This document shows, one piece after another, positions 1-10,750 of a DNA stretch of 64,000 nt. Both the position numbers and the translations under genes were made by a program. The notes beneath the pieces are model-generated. The model had not been told where the DNA came from. It saw nothing but the letters and a program-made list of their open reading frames with translations, and searched no databases. Location: sequence record SRR31156797_5435. The stretch is one strand, 5' to 3'. Position 1 is the first letter of the stretch. Each line of letters begins with the position of its first letter.

Positions 1-54
1 TTCGCCTTCTGCAATTCCTTCACCGATATCCGGTAATTTAAATTGAAATGCCAT
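1..54 (-). CDS. pdhC: Pyruvate dehydrogenase E2 (dihydrolipoamide acetyltransferase), 5' end only; runs off the window
   Basis: Reverse complement reads MAFQFKLPDIGEGIAEGE, the start of a lipoyl domain; directly downstream of pdhB. Confidence 0.93.
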   Translation of the reverse strand, partial: MAFQFKLPDIGEGIAEGE

Positions 55-79
55 TTTCTATTCTTCCCTTCTTCAACTA

Positions 80-1057
80 TTAAAAGTTCACGATTTCTTT
101 CACTTTGTCTTCGATGTCTTTTGCATTTGGCAACCAAATGTTTTCAGCTTGACCGAATGGGAAGATCGTATCTGGTGCAGACACGCGTCCGATTGGAGCT
201 TCTAGTGATAGAACCGCACGTTCAGAAATTTCAGAAACGACTTGAGCGCCAACACCTGCTTGTTTTTGTGCTTCTTGAACGACAACCACACGACCAGTTT
301 TTTCAACTGATTTGATGATCGTTTCAACATCAAGAGGAGCAACTGTACGCAAGTCGATAATTTCAGCGTTGATGTTTTCTTTCGCTAAGTTGTCAGCAGC
401 TTTGATTGCTTCACGAACCATTGCACCATAAGTGATGATTGAAACATCAGAACCTTCACGAGTTACTGCTGCTTTGTCTAAAGGAACTTCGTATGCTTCT
501 TCTGGCACTTCTTCACGGAATGAACGGTAAAGTTTCATGTGCTCTAAGAAAACAACTGGGTCATTGCTGCGGATAGAAGCAATCAATAATCCTTTTGCAT
601 CATATGGGTTTGATGGAATAACGACACGGATACCAGGTGATTGAGCGATCAATCCTTCCAAGTTATCTGAGTGCAATTCTGGTGTGTGCACACCGCCACC
701 AAATGGTGAACGAATAGTGATTGGTAAATTACGTGTACCACCCATACGGTAACGAGTACGCGCCATTTGACCAACGATTTCGTCAAATGTTTCAAATACG
801 AAACCAAAGAATTGGATTTCTGGAACTGGACGGAAACCTTCTAATGCTAAACCGAAAGCCAAGCCGCCGATACCAGATTCAGCAAGAGGGGTATCGAAGA
901 CACGATCTTCGCCGAATTTTTCTTGTAAACCTTCTGTTGCACGGAAAACCCCGCCGTTTTTACCGACATCTTCACCAAAGACTAAAATCTCTTTGTCATT
1001 TTCCATTTCAACAGCTAAGGCATCTGTAATTGCTTGAATCATTGTTTTTTGTGCCAT
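80..1057 (-). CDS. pdhB: Pyruvate dehydrogenase E1 beta subunit
   Basis: [21 protein letters not shown] and EIQF motifs; operon context. Confidence 0.97.
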   Translation of the reverse strand: MAQKTMIQAITDALAVEMENDKEILVFGEDVGKNGGVFRATEGLQEKFGEDRVFDTPLAESGIGGLAFGLALEGFRPVPEIQFFGFVFETFDEIVGQMARTRYRMGGTRNLPITIRSPFGGGVHTPELHSDNLEGLIAQSPGIRVVIPSNPYDAKGLLIASIRSNDPVVFLEHMKLYRSFREEVPEEAYEVPLDKAAVTREGSDVSIITYGAMVREAIKAADNLAKENINAEIIDLRTVAPLDVETIIKSVEKTGRVVVVQEAQKQAGVGAQVVSEISERAVLSLEAPIGRVSAPDTIFPFGQAENIWLPNAKDIEDKVKEIVNF

Positions 1058-1059
1058 GA

Positions 1060-2244
<1,185 letters not shown>

Positions 2245-2347
2245 TCATTTACTCTTATAAATTATCATTTAACTTCGAAAATGACAAGTGAAAAGGGTAT
2301 TTTTTTTAATAAAAGAATTCCCACTGTAGCAACTCTTAAGAAAACAT

Positions 2348-2365
2348 TAGTGAAATTAATCACAT
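2348..2365. promoter_or_regulatory. Candidate Rex operator upstream of pdhA
   Basis: TAGTGAAATTAATCACAT matches TTGTGAA-N4-TTCACAA at 11/14; a cre-like AGCAATCGCTTTCT follows at 2369-2382. Confidence 0.5.
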
Positions 2366-2554
2366 TAAAGCAATCGCTTTCTTCAATTTTTTCTTTTCAG
2401 ATTCTTTTTTTTATTTAAGAATAGTACAGCATCCACCATTCCGCTAAACAGATTTATCATTAACCTCCTTTTATCACTTGTGAAGGATTCGACTTGAATC
2501 AAAGAGAAATTTCTTAATATGAGAAAAAAATAATACAGAGAACGGATAAAAAGA

Positions 2555-2605
2555 AACAGATCGGCGATTCTCCCCCTGTTAGGAAGAACGCCGACCTGTT
2601 TTTTT
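2555..2605 (-). terminator. Stem-loop/terminator at the mgtA 3' end
   Basis: aaacagatcggcg...cgccgacctgttt imperfect inverted repeat with A/T tracts. Confidence 0.65.
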
Positions 2606-5195
2606 AAATCCATTCTCTCGTGACATGAATGTAAATGCGTTTCGCAAACTCAACTGTTACTAAATAAGCTAGATTGATACCGACATACCATGGCCAGTAA
2701 CTTGATGGCAGTGCTGCAAAATCAAAGACGGTATGCAATGGCGTCAAGATGACCAAGAAGCCAACTGCAATCGCTAGAACACTTGAAATCAAAACTGCAG
2801 GTGATGCGATACTTTTGATAAATGGTAATTTTCTCGTTCTGATCATGTGAACGACTAAGGTTTGTGTCGTCAAGCCAATCATAAACCATCCTGCTTGGAA
2901 CAAGGCTTGCTCTTGGATGGTATTTGCACTAAAGACATGCCACATCATAAAGAAAGTCAAAATATCGAAGATGCTGCTGACAGGTCCAATGCCGACGGTA
3001 AACTTCAATAGTCCACCCACTTGCCATTTAACTGGTTTTTCTAACTCTTCTTTATCTACGTTGTCCCATGGGATCGTCAATTGGGCCATATCGTACACCA
3101 AGTTTTGAACCAACAGTTGAATGGACAACATTGGTAAGAAAGGTAAAAAGGCACTAGCAACTAAGATCGAGAACACATTCCCGAAATTCGAACTCAAAGT
3201 CATTTTGATGTACTTCATCATATTGGTAAATACTTTGCGGCCTTCGATGACCCCTTTATCAAGGACATTCAAACTTTTTTCTAATAAAATGATCGAGCTG
3301 GCATCTTTGGTGATATCTGCTGCGGTATCAACCGAGATACCAACATCTGCTGTACGTAAAGCAGGCGCGTCGTTGATGCCATCTCCCATAAAGCCGACCG
3401 TATGGCCTGCCGCTTGAATGGTTTCAATGATTCGGGATTTTTGCATTGGATTTAATTTTGCAAACAGATTAGTTTTTGCAGCTTTCTCTGCTAACTCTTC
3501 ATCTGACAGATGATCTATATCGGTTCCTAACAAGTATTCATCTGCATCAATACCAACATCTCGACAAACTTTTTGCGCAACGATCGCATTATCTCCCGTT
3601 AACACTTTGACATTGATGCCATGACCGTGTAAAGAAGCAATCGCTGTTTTTGCTGTTTCTTTTGCTGGATCTAAGAAGCCCATAAAGCCAATCATGATCA
3701 TATCTTGTTCATCTTCTACAGAATAAACGGCATCTGCGTGGGCATCTCGTTTTACAGCAACAGTCAACACGCGCATTCCTTGTTTATTCAAGCGCAAATT
3801 CACTTGACGCAATTGTTTTCTCAATTGAGGAGTCAATTCCATCACTTTGCCATCAACTTCTACGTACTTGCAGACTTGTTCCATTTCCTCGGCGGCACCT
3901 TTAGTGACCATCAGTTGATGACCATCTGCATTGACAACAACCGTCAAGCGGCGACGTGAGAAGTCAAACGGAATCTCATCGATTTTTGTCACATCGTTAA
4001 ATGGCGCTGCCAAGCCTTCTTCTTCATAGTAGTTTAAGACAGCAATATCCATCAGGTTTTTCCACCCTGTTTGATAGTAAGAATTTAAATACGTCATATC
4101 AAGGACTTGTTTATCTTCTACGCCAAATGGGTTTAAATGCTGTACCAGTACAACACGATCTTCGGTGATCGTACCCGTTTTATCGGTACATAGTACATCC
4201 ATTGCACCTAAGTTTTGAATCGAAGGCAATTCTTTGACGATCACTTTTTCTTTTGATAAAGAGATCGCCCCTTTGGCTAAGTTACTGGTGACGATCATTG
4301 GTAGCATTTCTGGCGTCAAACCAACTGCTACTGCAATCGCGAAGAACAACGCTTCGCCCCAATCACCCTTGGTCAAACCATTGATCAATAAAACGATTGG
4401 GAAAAGAACCATGACCATTCGCAACAATAGCTTGCTGACTTTTGTTAAGCCATCTTCAAAGGTTGTTTTGCCCCGTTTCGTGGTCGCATTTTTGGCAATA
4501 TCACCGAAGAAAGTACTTTGACCGGTTTTCAAAATAATGGCTTTTCCTTGACCACTTAAGACATCGGTACCCATGAAAACAAGATCTTGCATATCTAGTG
4601 CAGAAATTTGTTCATCGCTTTCTTTGATCCCAGCATCGACAAATTTTTCAACTGGCATTGATTCGCCTGTTAATGAAGATTGATTGATAAATAAATCTTT
4701 GGTCCAAATCAAGATCGCATCCGCAGGAATCATGTCGCCGGTTGCTAAGGTGACGATGTCTCCTGGAACGACTTCATCCATCGGAATTTCTCTCGTGATT
4801 CCATCTCGGGTTACGGAACAAGTATTTTCAATAAGTTCTTTTAACGCTAAGCTTGCTTTTTGGGAACGGTATTCTTGGACGAAAGTAATCATGACACTGG
4901 CTAAAATCATGATTCCCATCACGATCACTGCTTCAATATCGCCTGTTACAAAAGAAATAACCATTAATAATGCCAAAACTAACACAAAAGGATCTTTGAA
5001 AGCACCTAGGATCATCAACCAAGCAGGTGTTGGTTTTTGCGCATCCACTTTGTTTGGACCGTACTCTGCCAAACGTTCTGCAGCATCTTCTTCCGATAGC
5101 CCTTGGAAGGATGTCCGCATTTCCATCAGCAGTTCTCTTTCGGTCAATTTTGCCAGTAATTTTAGTTCTTGATCTTTCGATAGTTTTTTTAACAT
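2604..5195 (-). CDS. mgtA: Magnesium-translocating P-type ATPase
   Basis: DKTGT phosphorylation site, TGES, PEMLP and GDGIND motifs; M-box upstream. Confidence 0.95.
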   Translation of the reverse strand: MLKKLSKDQELKLLAKLTERELLMEMRTSFQGLSEEDAAERLAEYGPNKVDAQKPTPAWLMILGAFKDPFVLVLALLMVISFVTGDIEAVIVMGIMILASVMITFVQEYRSQKASLALKELIENTCSVTRDGITREIPMDEVVPGDIVTLATGDMIPADAILIWTKDLFINQSSLTGESMPVEKFVDAGIKESDEQISALDMQDLVFMGTDVLSGQGKAIILKTGQSTFFGDIAKNATTKRGKTTFEDGLTKVSKLLLRMVMVLFPIVLLINGLTKGDWGEALFFAIAVAVGLTPEMLPMIVTSNLAKGAISLSKEKVIVKELPSIQNLGAMDVLCTDKTGTITEDRVVLVQHLNPFGVEDKQVLDMTYLNSYYQTGWKNLMDIAVLNYYEEEGLAAPFNDVTKIDEIPFDFSRRRLTVVVNADGHQLMVTKGAAEEMEQVCKYVEVDGKVMELTPQLRKQLRQVNLRLNKQGMRVLTVAVKRDAHADAVYSVEDEQDMIMIGFMGFLDPAKETAKTAIASLHGHGINVKVLTGDNAIVAQKVCRDVGIDADEYLLGTDIDHLSDEELAEKAAKTNLFAKLNPMQKSRIIETIQAAGHTVGFMGDGINDAPALRTADVGISVDTAADITKDASSIILLEKSLNVLDKGVIEGRKVFTNMMKYIKMTLSSNFGNVFSILVASAFLPFLPMLSIQLLVQNLVYDMAQLTIPWDNVDKEELEKPVKWQVGGLLKFTVGIGPVSSIFDILTFFMMWHVFSANTIQEQALFQAGWFMIGLTTQTLVVHMIRTRKLPFIKSIASPAVLISSVLAIAVGFLVILTPLHTVFDFAALPSSYWPWYVGINLAYLVTVEFAKRIYIHVTREWI

Positions 5196-5214
5196 CTTTT
5201 TTTCCTCCTAGCAC

Positions 5215-5289
5215 TTAGGAGTTGCTTACGCCACCCCTAGCGATTCGATAATTACTCCGCTGTTTCATCTGGGGACTGGGGTATTCCAT
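5215..5289 (-). CDS. Putative 24-aa leader peptide of mgtA (MEYPSPQMKQRSNYRIARGGVSNS)
   Basis: AAAGGAAG SD-like site upstream of the ATG; stop codon lies in an anti-SD element next to the mgtA RBS; absent from the ORF track. Confidence 0.5.
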   Translation of the reverse strand: MEYPSPQMKQRSNYRIARGGVSNS

Positions 5290-5345
5290 GTGAATCTTCC
5301 TTTCTTTTTATTAGGTAAGTCACTGTGGAACATGCGTAAAAGACA

Positions 5346-5383
5346 CAAAAAAACGCACGCTCCCAATAAGCATGCGTAAAAAA
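5346..5383 (-). terminator. M-box expression platform terminator
   Basis: Minus strand acgcatgctt-attg-ggagcgtgcgt followed by a T7 tract. Confidence 0.75.
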
Positions 5384-5389
5384 CTCATG

Positions 5390-5550
5390 ATCATTGTAGA
5401 GCTTTAGCACTATAGGGCGTAGATAGCAAATCTGCTATCAGCTACTTTGGGTTTAACCTTCACGATTAGACCTGTCCTACCAACTAAGTATCTCTCGATA
5501 CTTTTGCGGCAGCAGCTTGTGTCCATATAGGAGCCTCACCTAACAATTAT
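5390..5550 (-). ncRNA. M-box (ykoK) Mg2+ riboswitch
   Basis: Minus strand TTGTTAGGTGAGGCTCCTATATGGACAC..GCTGCTGCCGC...GTGCTAAAGCTC, upstream of a Mg transporter. Confidence 0.92.
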
Positions 5551-5597
5551 TTGTATAAAATGTCAGTTCGCCGGAAGTCTATCTTCCAACTACCCAC

Positions 5598-5626
5598 ATA
5601 ATAACTGCTATCCTAGCCAATGTCAA
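5598..5626 (-). promoter_or_regulatory. SigA promoter for the M-box/mgtA transcript
   Basis: TTGACA-17 nt-TATTAT. Confidence 0.75.
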
Positions 5627-5707
5627 CCGCAACAATGGAAAATAGCACCCTTTTTTCATAGATTTTCGTTGGTTTTCAAATGAAAGGTCTTACAATAAAA
5701 TAACAAC

Positions 5708-5896
5708 GTTAAAGAACTGCTGTGATTTTATATTTGACAAAACTTCTTTTACACGAATAGATAGAGAGAAATCCTCTCAGGGCAAAACCCAGAATCCATC
5801 AAGTCACTTCGGCTATCTCATTGAAGGAGAGAATGTAATAAATTTCCAAACTCGAATAAAAAATAGACAGCCATTTAAATAAACAGCTGCCTATTT
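5708..5896 (+). ncRNA. Structured ~170-190 nt RNA, probably 6S RNA
   Basis: TTTTCA-17-TAAAAT promoter (5673-5701); long irregular rod: GCTGT/ACAGC, TATTTG/CGAATA, asymmetric bubble, CTTCTTTTACA/TGAAGGAGAG, AGATAG/CTATCT, apical hairpins; no ORF. Confidence 0.55.
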
Positions 5897-5952
5897 CTCT
5901 TTCATATCCGATTCTGAAAAATGATTTTTTCTATATTCTTTCGATCCAGCTC

Positions 5953-7053
5953 TCACGAAAAATGATCTGCTAAAATTTTCAAGATTCGCCGACTAGCTTT
6001 CCCATCGCCATAGGGATTTTCTGCATGTGCCATGGCATTGTAAGCTTCTGGATCCTCTAGTAGTCGCTTCGTTTCTTGATAAACCGCAGCTTCAGACGTA
6101 CCGATCAGTTTTAACGTACCTGCAGCAATTCCTTCTGGGCGCTCTGTTGTATCTCGCAAGACCAAAACAGGAACGCCTAACGACGGTGCTTCTTCTTGGA
6201 CACCACCAGAATCCGTCAAAATCAATGTGCTTTGATTGGCAACATTGTGAAAATCAATGACATCTAAAGGCTCAATCAGCGTGACATTTTCTAGTTCCCC
6301 AAGTATCTCCAAAGCAATCCCTCGGACTTGAGGATTTTTATGCATAGGAAAAACCACTTTGATGGTTGGTTTCTCCTTAGCGATCTTCGCTAAAGCGCGG
6401 AAGACTTGCTGCATCGGAACACCTAAGTTCTCGCGACGGTGCATTGTCAGAAGAATCATGGTTTGATCTGCTGCAGAAAGTTCTGGATGCTGATAGTCCT
6501 CCGAGATCGTATAACGCATCGCATCAATGGCGGTATTTCCCGTTACAAAAATTGCAGCTTTATTGCGATTTTCCGCTAATAAATTTTCTTTGCTTTGGAC
6601 AGTTGGCGCAAAATAAAAATCCGCTAATACATCGATCAGCTGACGATTGGCTTCCTCCGGATAAGGAGATTTTTTGTTCCATGTACGTAAACCGGCTTCC
6701 ACATGCCCCACAGGAATCTGCTGATAGAAAGCTGCCGTCGCGGCTGCATAAGCCGTGGTCGTATCCCCGTGGACGAGTACGATATCAGGGGTTTCTTTTT
6801 GCAAGATTGGTTCCAGATCCAGCAAAACTTTGGTGGTGATTCCTGTCAAAGTTTGCCCTAAAGTCATAATATCCAGATCATAATCTGGTATGATTTCAAA
6901 AACCGTTAAAACTTGATCCAACATTTCTCGATGCTGCGCCGTCACCACAACGATCGATTCAAAACGCGGGTCGTTTTCCAATTCCTTTACTAGTGGCGCC
7001 ATTTTGATGGCTTCCGGTCTGGTACCGAACACAGACATCACTTTGATTGTCAT
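5953..7053 (-). CDS. wecB: UDP-N-acetylglucosamine 2-epimerase (non-hydrolysing)
   Basis: GTRPEAIK, HVEAGLR and DSGGVQEEAP motifs; start moved to MTIKVM behind an AGGAG RBS. Confidence 0.94.
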   Translation of the reverse strand: MTIKVMSVFGTRPEAIKMAPLVKELENDPRFESIVVVTAQHREMLDQVLTVFEIIPDYDLDIMTLGQTLTGITTKVLLDLEPILQKETPDIVLVHGDTTTAYAAATAAFYQQIPVGHVEAGLRTWNKKSPYPEEANRQLIDVLADFYFAPTVQSKENLLAENRNKAAIFVTGNTAIDAMRYTISEDYQHPELSAADQTMILLTMHRRENLGVPMQQVFRALAKIAKEKPTIKVVFPMHKNPQVRGIALEILGELENVTLIEPLDVIDFHNVANQSTLILTDSGGVQEEAPSLGVPVLVLRDTTERPEGIAAGTLKLIGTSEAAVYQETKRLLEDPEAYNAMAHAENPYGDGKASRRILKILADHFS

Positions 7054-7175
7054 TTGGTCACCCGCTCCTCTACTTCTCATTGCTTCTATTATAACGAAGA
7101 AAACAGAAAAACAAAATGGTTGTTCCAACAAAAAAAAGAAACGACCGCTAAAAGGCCGTTTCTTCAGTATCCAGC

Positions 7176-8162
7176 TTAAATAGTATCTCCATTGAAAATC
7201 GAATTTTTCACGATTACGTAATCCACTTTACGAATCGATTCTAAATCTTTTCCACCTGCATAAGAGATCGATGACTGCAAGTCTTGCTGCATTTCAACTA
7301 ACGTATCTTTTAAAGAACCTTTGTATTGAATCCAAATTTTCTTTCCTTCTACGTTTTTCTTTTCACCTTTTTGAAATTCTGATGCAGAACCAAAGTATTC
7401 TTTCATTACAACGCCATTTTCTACCTTGGTTTCTCCTGGTGATTCTTCATGACCTGCAAACAATGAACCGATCATGACCATGGTTGCACCAAAGCGGACA
7501 GATTTAGCGATATCGCCGTGTGTCCGAATGCCACCATCTGCAATGATTGGTTTGCGAGCAGCTTTGGCACACCAGCGTAATGCTGCCAATTGCCAGCCGC
7601 CAGTCCCGAAACCAGTTTTGATTTTTGTGATACAAACTTTCCCTGGTCCAATACCGACTTTTGTTGCATCTGCGCCAGCGTTTTCCAATTCACGAACTGC
7701 TTCTGGCGTTCCAACATTTCCAGCGATCACAAACGTTGCTGGTAAATGCTTCTTGATGTGTTGAATCATATTGATCACGGCGTTTGAGTGGCCATGGGCA
7801 ATATCGATCGTGATAAAATCAGGAACAAGCTCTTTCTCAGCTAGTTCTTCTACAAAGGCATATTCATTTTCTTTGACACCCACGCTGATAGAAGCAATCA
7901 AGCCGCGGCTTTTCATTTTTTTGATGAATGGAATCCGTGCTTCTTCATCAAAGCGGTGCATAATATAAAAATAGCCATTTTCAGCTAAAAATTCTGCGAT
8001 TGAATCATCAATAATTGTTTGCATATTTGCAGGAACAACAGGCATTTTAAACGAGTGTCCGCCTAATGTCACCGTGGTATCACATTCTGAACGGCTGTTC
8101 ACGATACACTTGTTAGGAATCAGTTGTATATCTTCGTAATCAAAAACTTTCATGTCAAACAT
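7176..8162 (-). CDS. guaC: GMP reductase
   Basis: [22 protein letters not shown] and ADGGIR motifs; start at MFDMKV behind a GGAGG RBS. Confidence 0.96.
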   Translation of the reverse strand: MFDMKVFDYEDIQLIPNKCIVNSRSECDTTVTLGGHSFKMPVVPANMQTIIDDSIAEFLAENGYFYIMHRFDEEARIPFIKKMKSRGLIASISVGVKENEYAFVEELAEKELVPDFITIDIAHGHSNAVINMIQHIKKHLPATFVIAGNVGTPEAVRELENAGADATKVGIGPGKVCITKIKTGFGTGGWQLAALRWCAKAARKPIIADGGIRTHGDIAKSVRFGATMVMIGSLFAGHEESPGETKVENGVVMKEYFGSASEFQKGEKKNVEGKKIWIQYKGSLKDTLVEMQQDLQSSISYAGGKDLESIRKVDYVIVKNSIFNGDTI

Positions 8163-8284
8163 AAAAATATCCTCCAAATCTTACTAAGAGTGAAGCAAGC
8201 ATCAAATGGCATCAGCCTATTTTTAACGCCCACAACAATTTAAACCACCTGGAAATGAAATACAAGCTTTTTAGAAATACTTTT

Positions 8285-8329
8285 TGAAAAAAAAGGATGA
8301 ATGTTCGTCTTTCGCGAACATTCATCCTT
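8285..8329 (-). terminator. Terminator of the aldo/keto reductase gene, overlapping PurBox-like sites upstream of guaC
   Basis: Perfect 15-bp inverted repeat aaggatgaatgttcg/cgaacattcatcctt with a minus-strand T tract. Confidence 0.75.
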
Positions 8330-8363
8330 ATAACAACTGAATAAAACGGAATTTACGTATAAA

Positions 8364-9278
8364 TTAAGGTAAGATGTTCCCTGCTGCTTTATACACTTCA
8401 TACCAATCATGGCGGGTCAATACGATCGAAGAAGCTTGCGCAATTTCTTCAATTCGATGCGGGGTCATCGTTCCGGCAATCACTTGCATATTTGCTGGAT
8501 GACGTAAGATCCACGCAGATGCGATGCCAGTCGGCGTTGTTTGATACTTGTTCGCTAGTTCGGTTAATTTTTCGTTTAACTCTGGGAATTTCTCGTTGCC
8601 GATAAAGACCCCTTCAAAGAAACCATACTGATACGGAGACCAAGCTTGGATCGTCATCTCATGCAAACGAGAATATTCCAAAATTTCTCCATCATGGTCG
8701 ACACTGCCAGCATCCGTCATATTGACATGAATCCCTTGATCGATCATCCCTGTATGCATGATCCCGAATTGCAGTTGATTCGCTACTAAAGGTTGCGAAA
8801 CATATTTTTTCAATAGCTCGATTTGACCAGGTTTTTGATTGCTGACACCGAAGTATTTCACTTTACCGTCTTTTTCTAATTGGTCAAAGGCTGCTGCCAC
8901 TTCTTCTGGTTCAAACAAAGTGTCAGGGCGATGCAATAATAACGCATCTAAATGATCAGTTTTCAATCGTTGCAAACTACCTTCCACAGAAGAGATAATA
9001 TGCTCTTTCGAAAAATCAAACATTTCACCTGGAACGATGCCGCATTTTGATTGAATAAACAAATCTTCTCTTTTAGCTGCCGTTTTTGCTAACGCTTCTG
9101 CAAAAATCGTTTCACATTCACCGCGACCATAAATATCCGCATGGTCAAAGAAGGTAATGTCATTTTCAATCGCAGTCGTCAAGACCTTCACAGGATCTTT
9201 GGCATTGTTGATTCGCATCAATCCTAAAATCACGCTGGATACTTCTAAATCAGTGGGACCGAATTTAATTTTTTTCAC
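8364..9278 (-). CDS. Aldo/keto reductase (YdhF/YcsN-like)
   Basis: FDHADIYG, LLLHRPD, GVSN and AWSP motifs. Confidence 0.9.
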   Translation of the reverse strand: MKKIKFGPTDLEVSSVILGLMRINNAKDPVKVLTTAIENDITFFDHADIYGRGECETIFAEALAKTAAKREDLFIQSKCGIVPGEMFDFSKEHIISSVEGSLQRLKTDHLDALLLHRPDTLFEPEEVAAAFDQLEKDGKVKYFGVSNQKPGQIELLKKYVSQPLVANQLQFGIMHTGMIDQGIHVNMTDAGSVDHDGEILEYSRLHEMTIQAWSPYQYGFFEGVFIGNEKFPELNEKLTELANKYQTTPTGIASAWILRHPANMQVIAGTMTPHRIEEIAQASSIVLTRHDWYEVYKAAGNILP

Positions 9279-9447
9279 GTAAAGTTCCTCCTTATTTAAA
9301 CTACATTCCTATTTTATCACAACAAGATGAAAACGCTATACCAACGTCAAAAAAACCTCCCATAAAACGAAAACCACCAGCACAACCGATTGGTTCTACT
9401 GGCAGCCCTCCTTTTTTTTCAGTTTGTGTTATGCACAGAAATATTCT

Positions 9448-10734
9448 TTACTTCATCGCCTTTGATGAGTTGCTATATTGCAAGGCTTTATCGCCGATAT
9501 CGTTTCGGTAATATAAGCCAGATAAAGACAACCTGCTGATTGCTTCATAGACGTTCTTTTGTGCAGCAGCTAAATTCTCAGCTGATGCTTCCACAAGAAA
9601 AACGCGCCCACCAGCTGCCGTCAAACCACCTTGGTCGGCAGCTTCATCCACTCCTGCATAAAAGAATTGCGTTCCTTCTCCTTCAGGGCTTGGGACAGGC
9701 ATTCCTTGCTGATACTTGCCTGGATATCCTTGAGAGGCAATCACGACACCGATCGAAGCCGATTGATTCCATTGGATCGTAGGTACTTGGTCCTGTAAGA
9801 GATCATCAATAATCTGGGCTAGACTGCTTTCTAAACGACTTAACACGACTTGTGTTTCTGGATCGCCGAAACGCGCATTGAATTCGATGACTTTCGGTCC
9901 ATCATTGGTAGCAATCAGACCTGCATAGAGAATCCCCGTAAACGGTGTATTGTTGCGAATCATCCCTTTTGCTGCAGGAAGTAAAACTTCTGCTACCGCT
10001 TGATCGACCATTTCTTGCGGAATCTGCGGTACCGGCGTATAAGCCCCCATACCTCCTGTATTCGGACCTAAATCGCCATCGAAGGCACGTTTATGGTCTT
10101 GGGCAATGACCATTGGATAGACGGCTTCGCCCTTCACAAATGCCAATAGCGAAAACTCCTCGCCAGCCAAAAACTCTTCGATCACCACTTTTGCACCACT
10201 TTCACCGAAAGCATTTTGCTCCAGCATCGCTTCGACTGCTGCGTTTGCTTCTTCAATGGTTTCCGCGACAACCACGCCTTTGCCCGCCGCTAAACCATCT
10301 GCTTTGATGACGATTGGCGCACCTTTACGTTGGATATAGGCTTTTGCCTGGGCACTATCTGTAAAGCTTTGATAGTCTGCTGTTGGAATGTGATTGGTTC
10401 GCATCAATTCTTTGGCAAACTCTTTTGATCCTTCAATCATCGCTGCTTGGCGATTGGGGCCAAAAATTTCCAAGCCCGCCCCCTGAAAATCATCTACGAT
10501 GCCATTTAGCAACGGAACTTCCGGACCAACGAAGGTCCAATCAACCTCCTGCTCTTGAGCAAAAGCAATTAGACTTTCATGATCGGACTCTTCAATTGCG
10601 ACTGTCTTGATCCCGTCTTTTCGCATACCGGGATTGCCCTTCGCACAAAAGACTGTTTCCACTTGAGGATCCTGCAGAAACTTTTTTGCGACGGCATGCT
10701 CTCTACCGCCACTACCAATAACAAGTATTTTCAT
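9448..10734 (-). CDS. purD: Phosphoribosylamine-glycine ligase
   Basis: GSGGREHA, KADGLAAGKGV, GPNTGGMGAY, RFGDPE. Confidence 0.97.
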   Translation of the reverse strand: MKILVIGSGGREHAVAKKFLQDPQVETVFCAKGNPGMRKDGIKTVAIEESDHESLIAFAQEQEVDWTFVGPEVPLLNGIVDDFQGAGLEIFGPNRQAAMIEGSKEFAKELMRTNHIPTADYQSFTDSAQAKAYIQRKGAPIVIKADGLAAGKGVVVAETIEEANAAVEAMLEQNAFGESGAKVVIEEFLAGEEFSLLAFVKGEAVYPMVIAQDHKRAFDGDLGPNTGGMGAYTPVPQIPQEMVDQAVAEVLLPAAKGMIRNNTPFTGILYAGLIATNDGPKVIEFNARFGDPETQVVLSRLESSLAQIIDDLLQDQVPTIQWNQSASIGVVIASQGYPGKYQQGMPVPSPEGEGTQFFYAGVDEAADQGGLTAAGGRVFLVEASAENLAAAQKNVYEAISRLSLSGLYYRNDIGDKALQYSNSSKAMK

Positions 10735-10750
10735 CGTCTTCTCCTATTTC

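Noticed and set aside
5778-5792. CAGGGCAAAACCC resembling the start of a c-di-GMP-I riboswitch
   Set aside because: No GNRA-capped P2, no GACGCAAAG or P3 elements, and no downstream gene on that strand; better explained as an apical hairpin of the 6S-like RNA
5824-5841. AAGGAG-AGA-ATG-TAA-TAA minimal start-stop ORF
   Set aside because: SD spacing is only 3 nt and the SD is paired within the predicted RNA rod; likely coincidental
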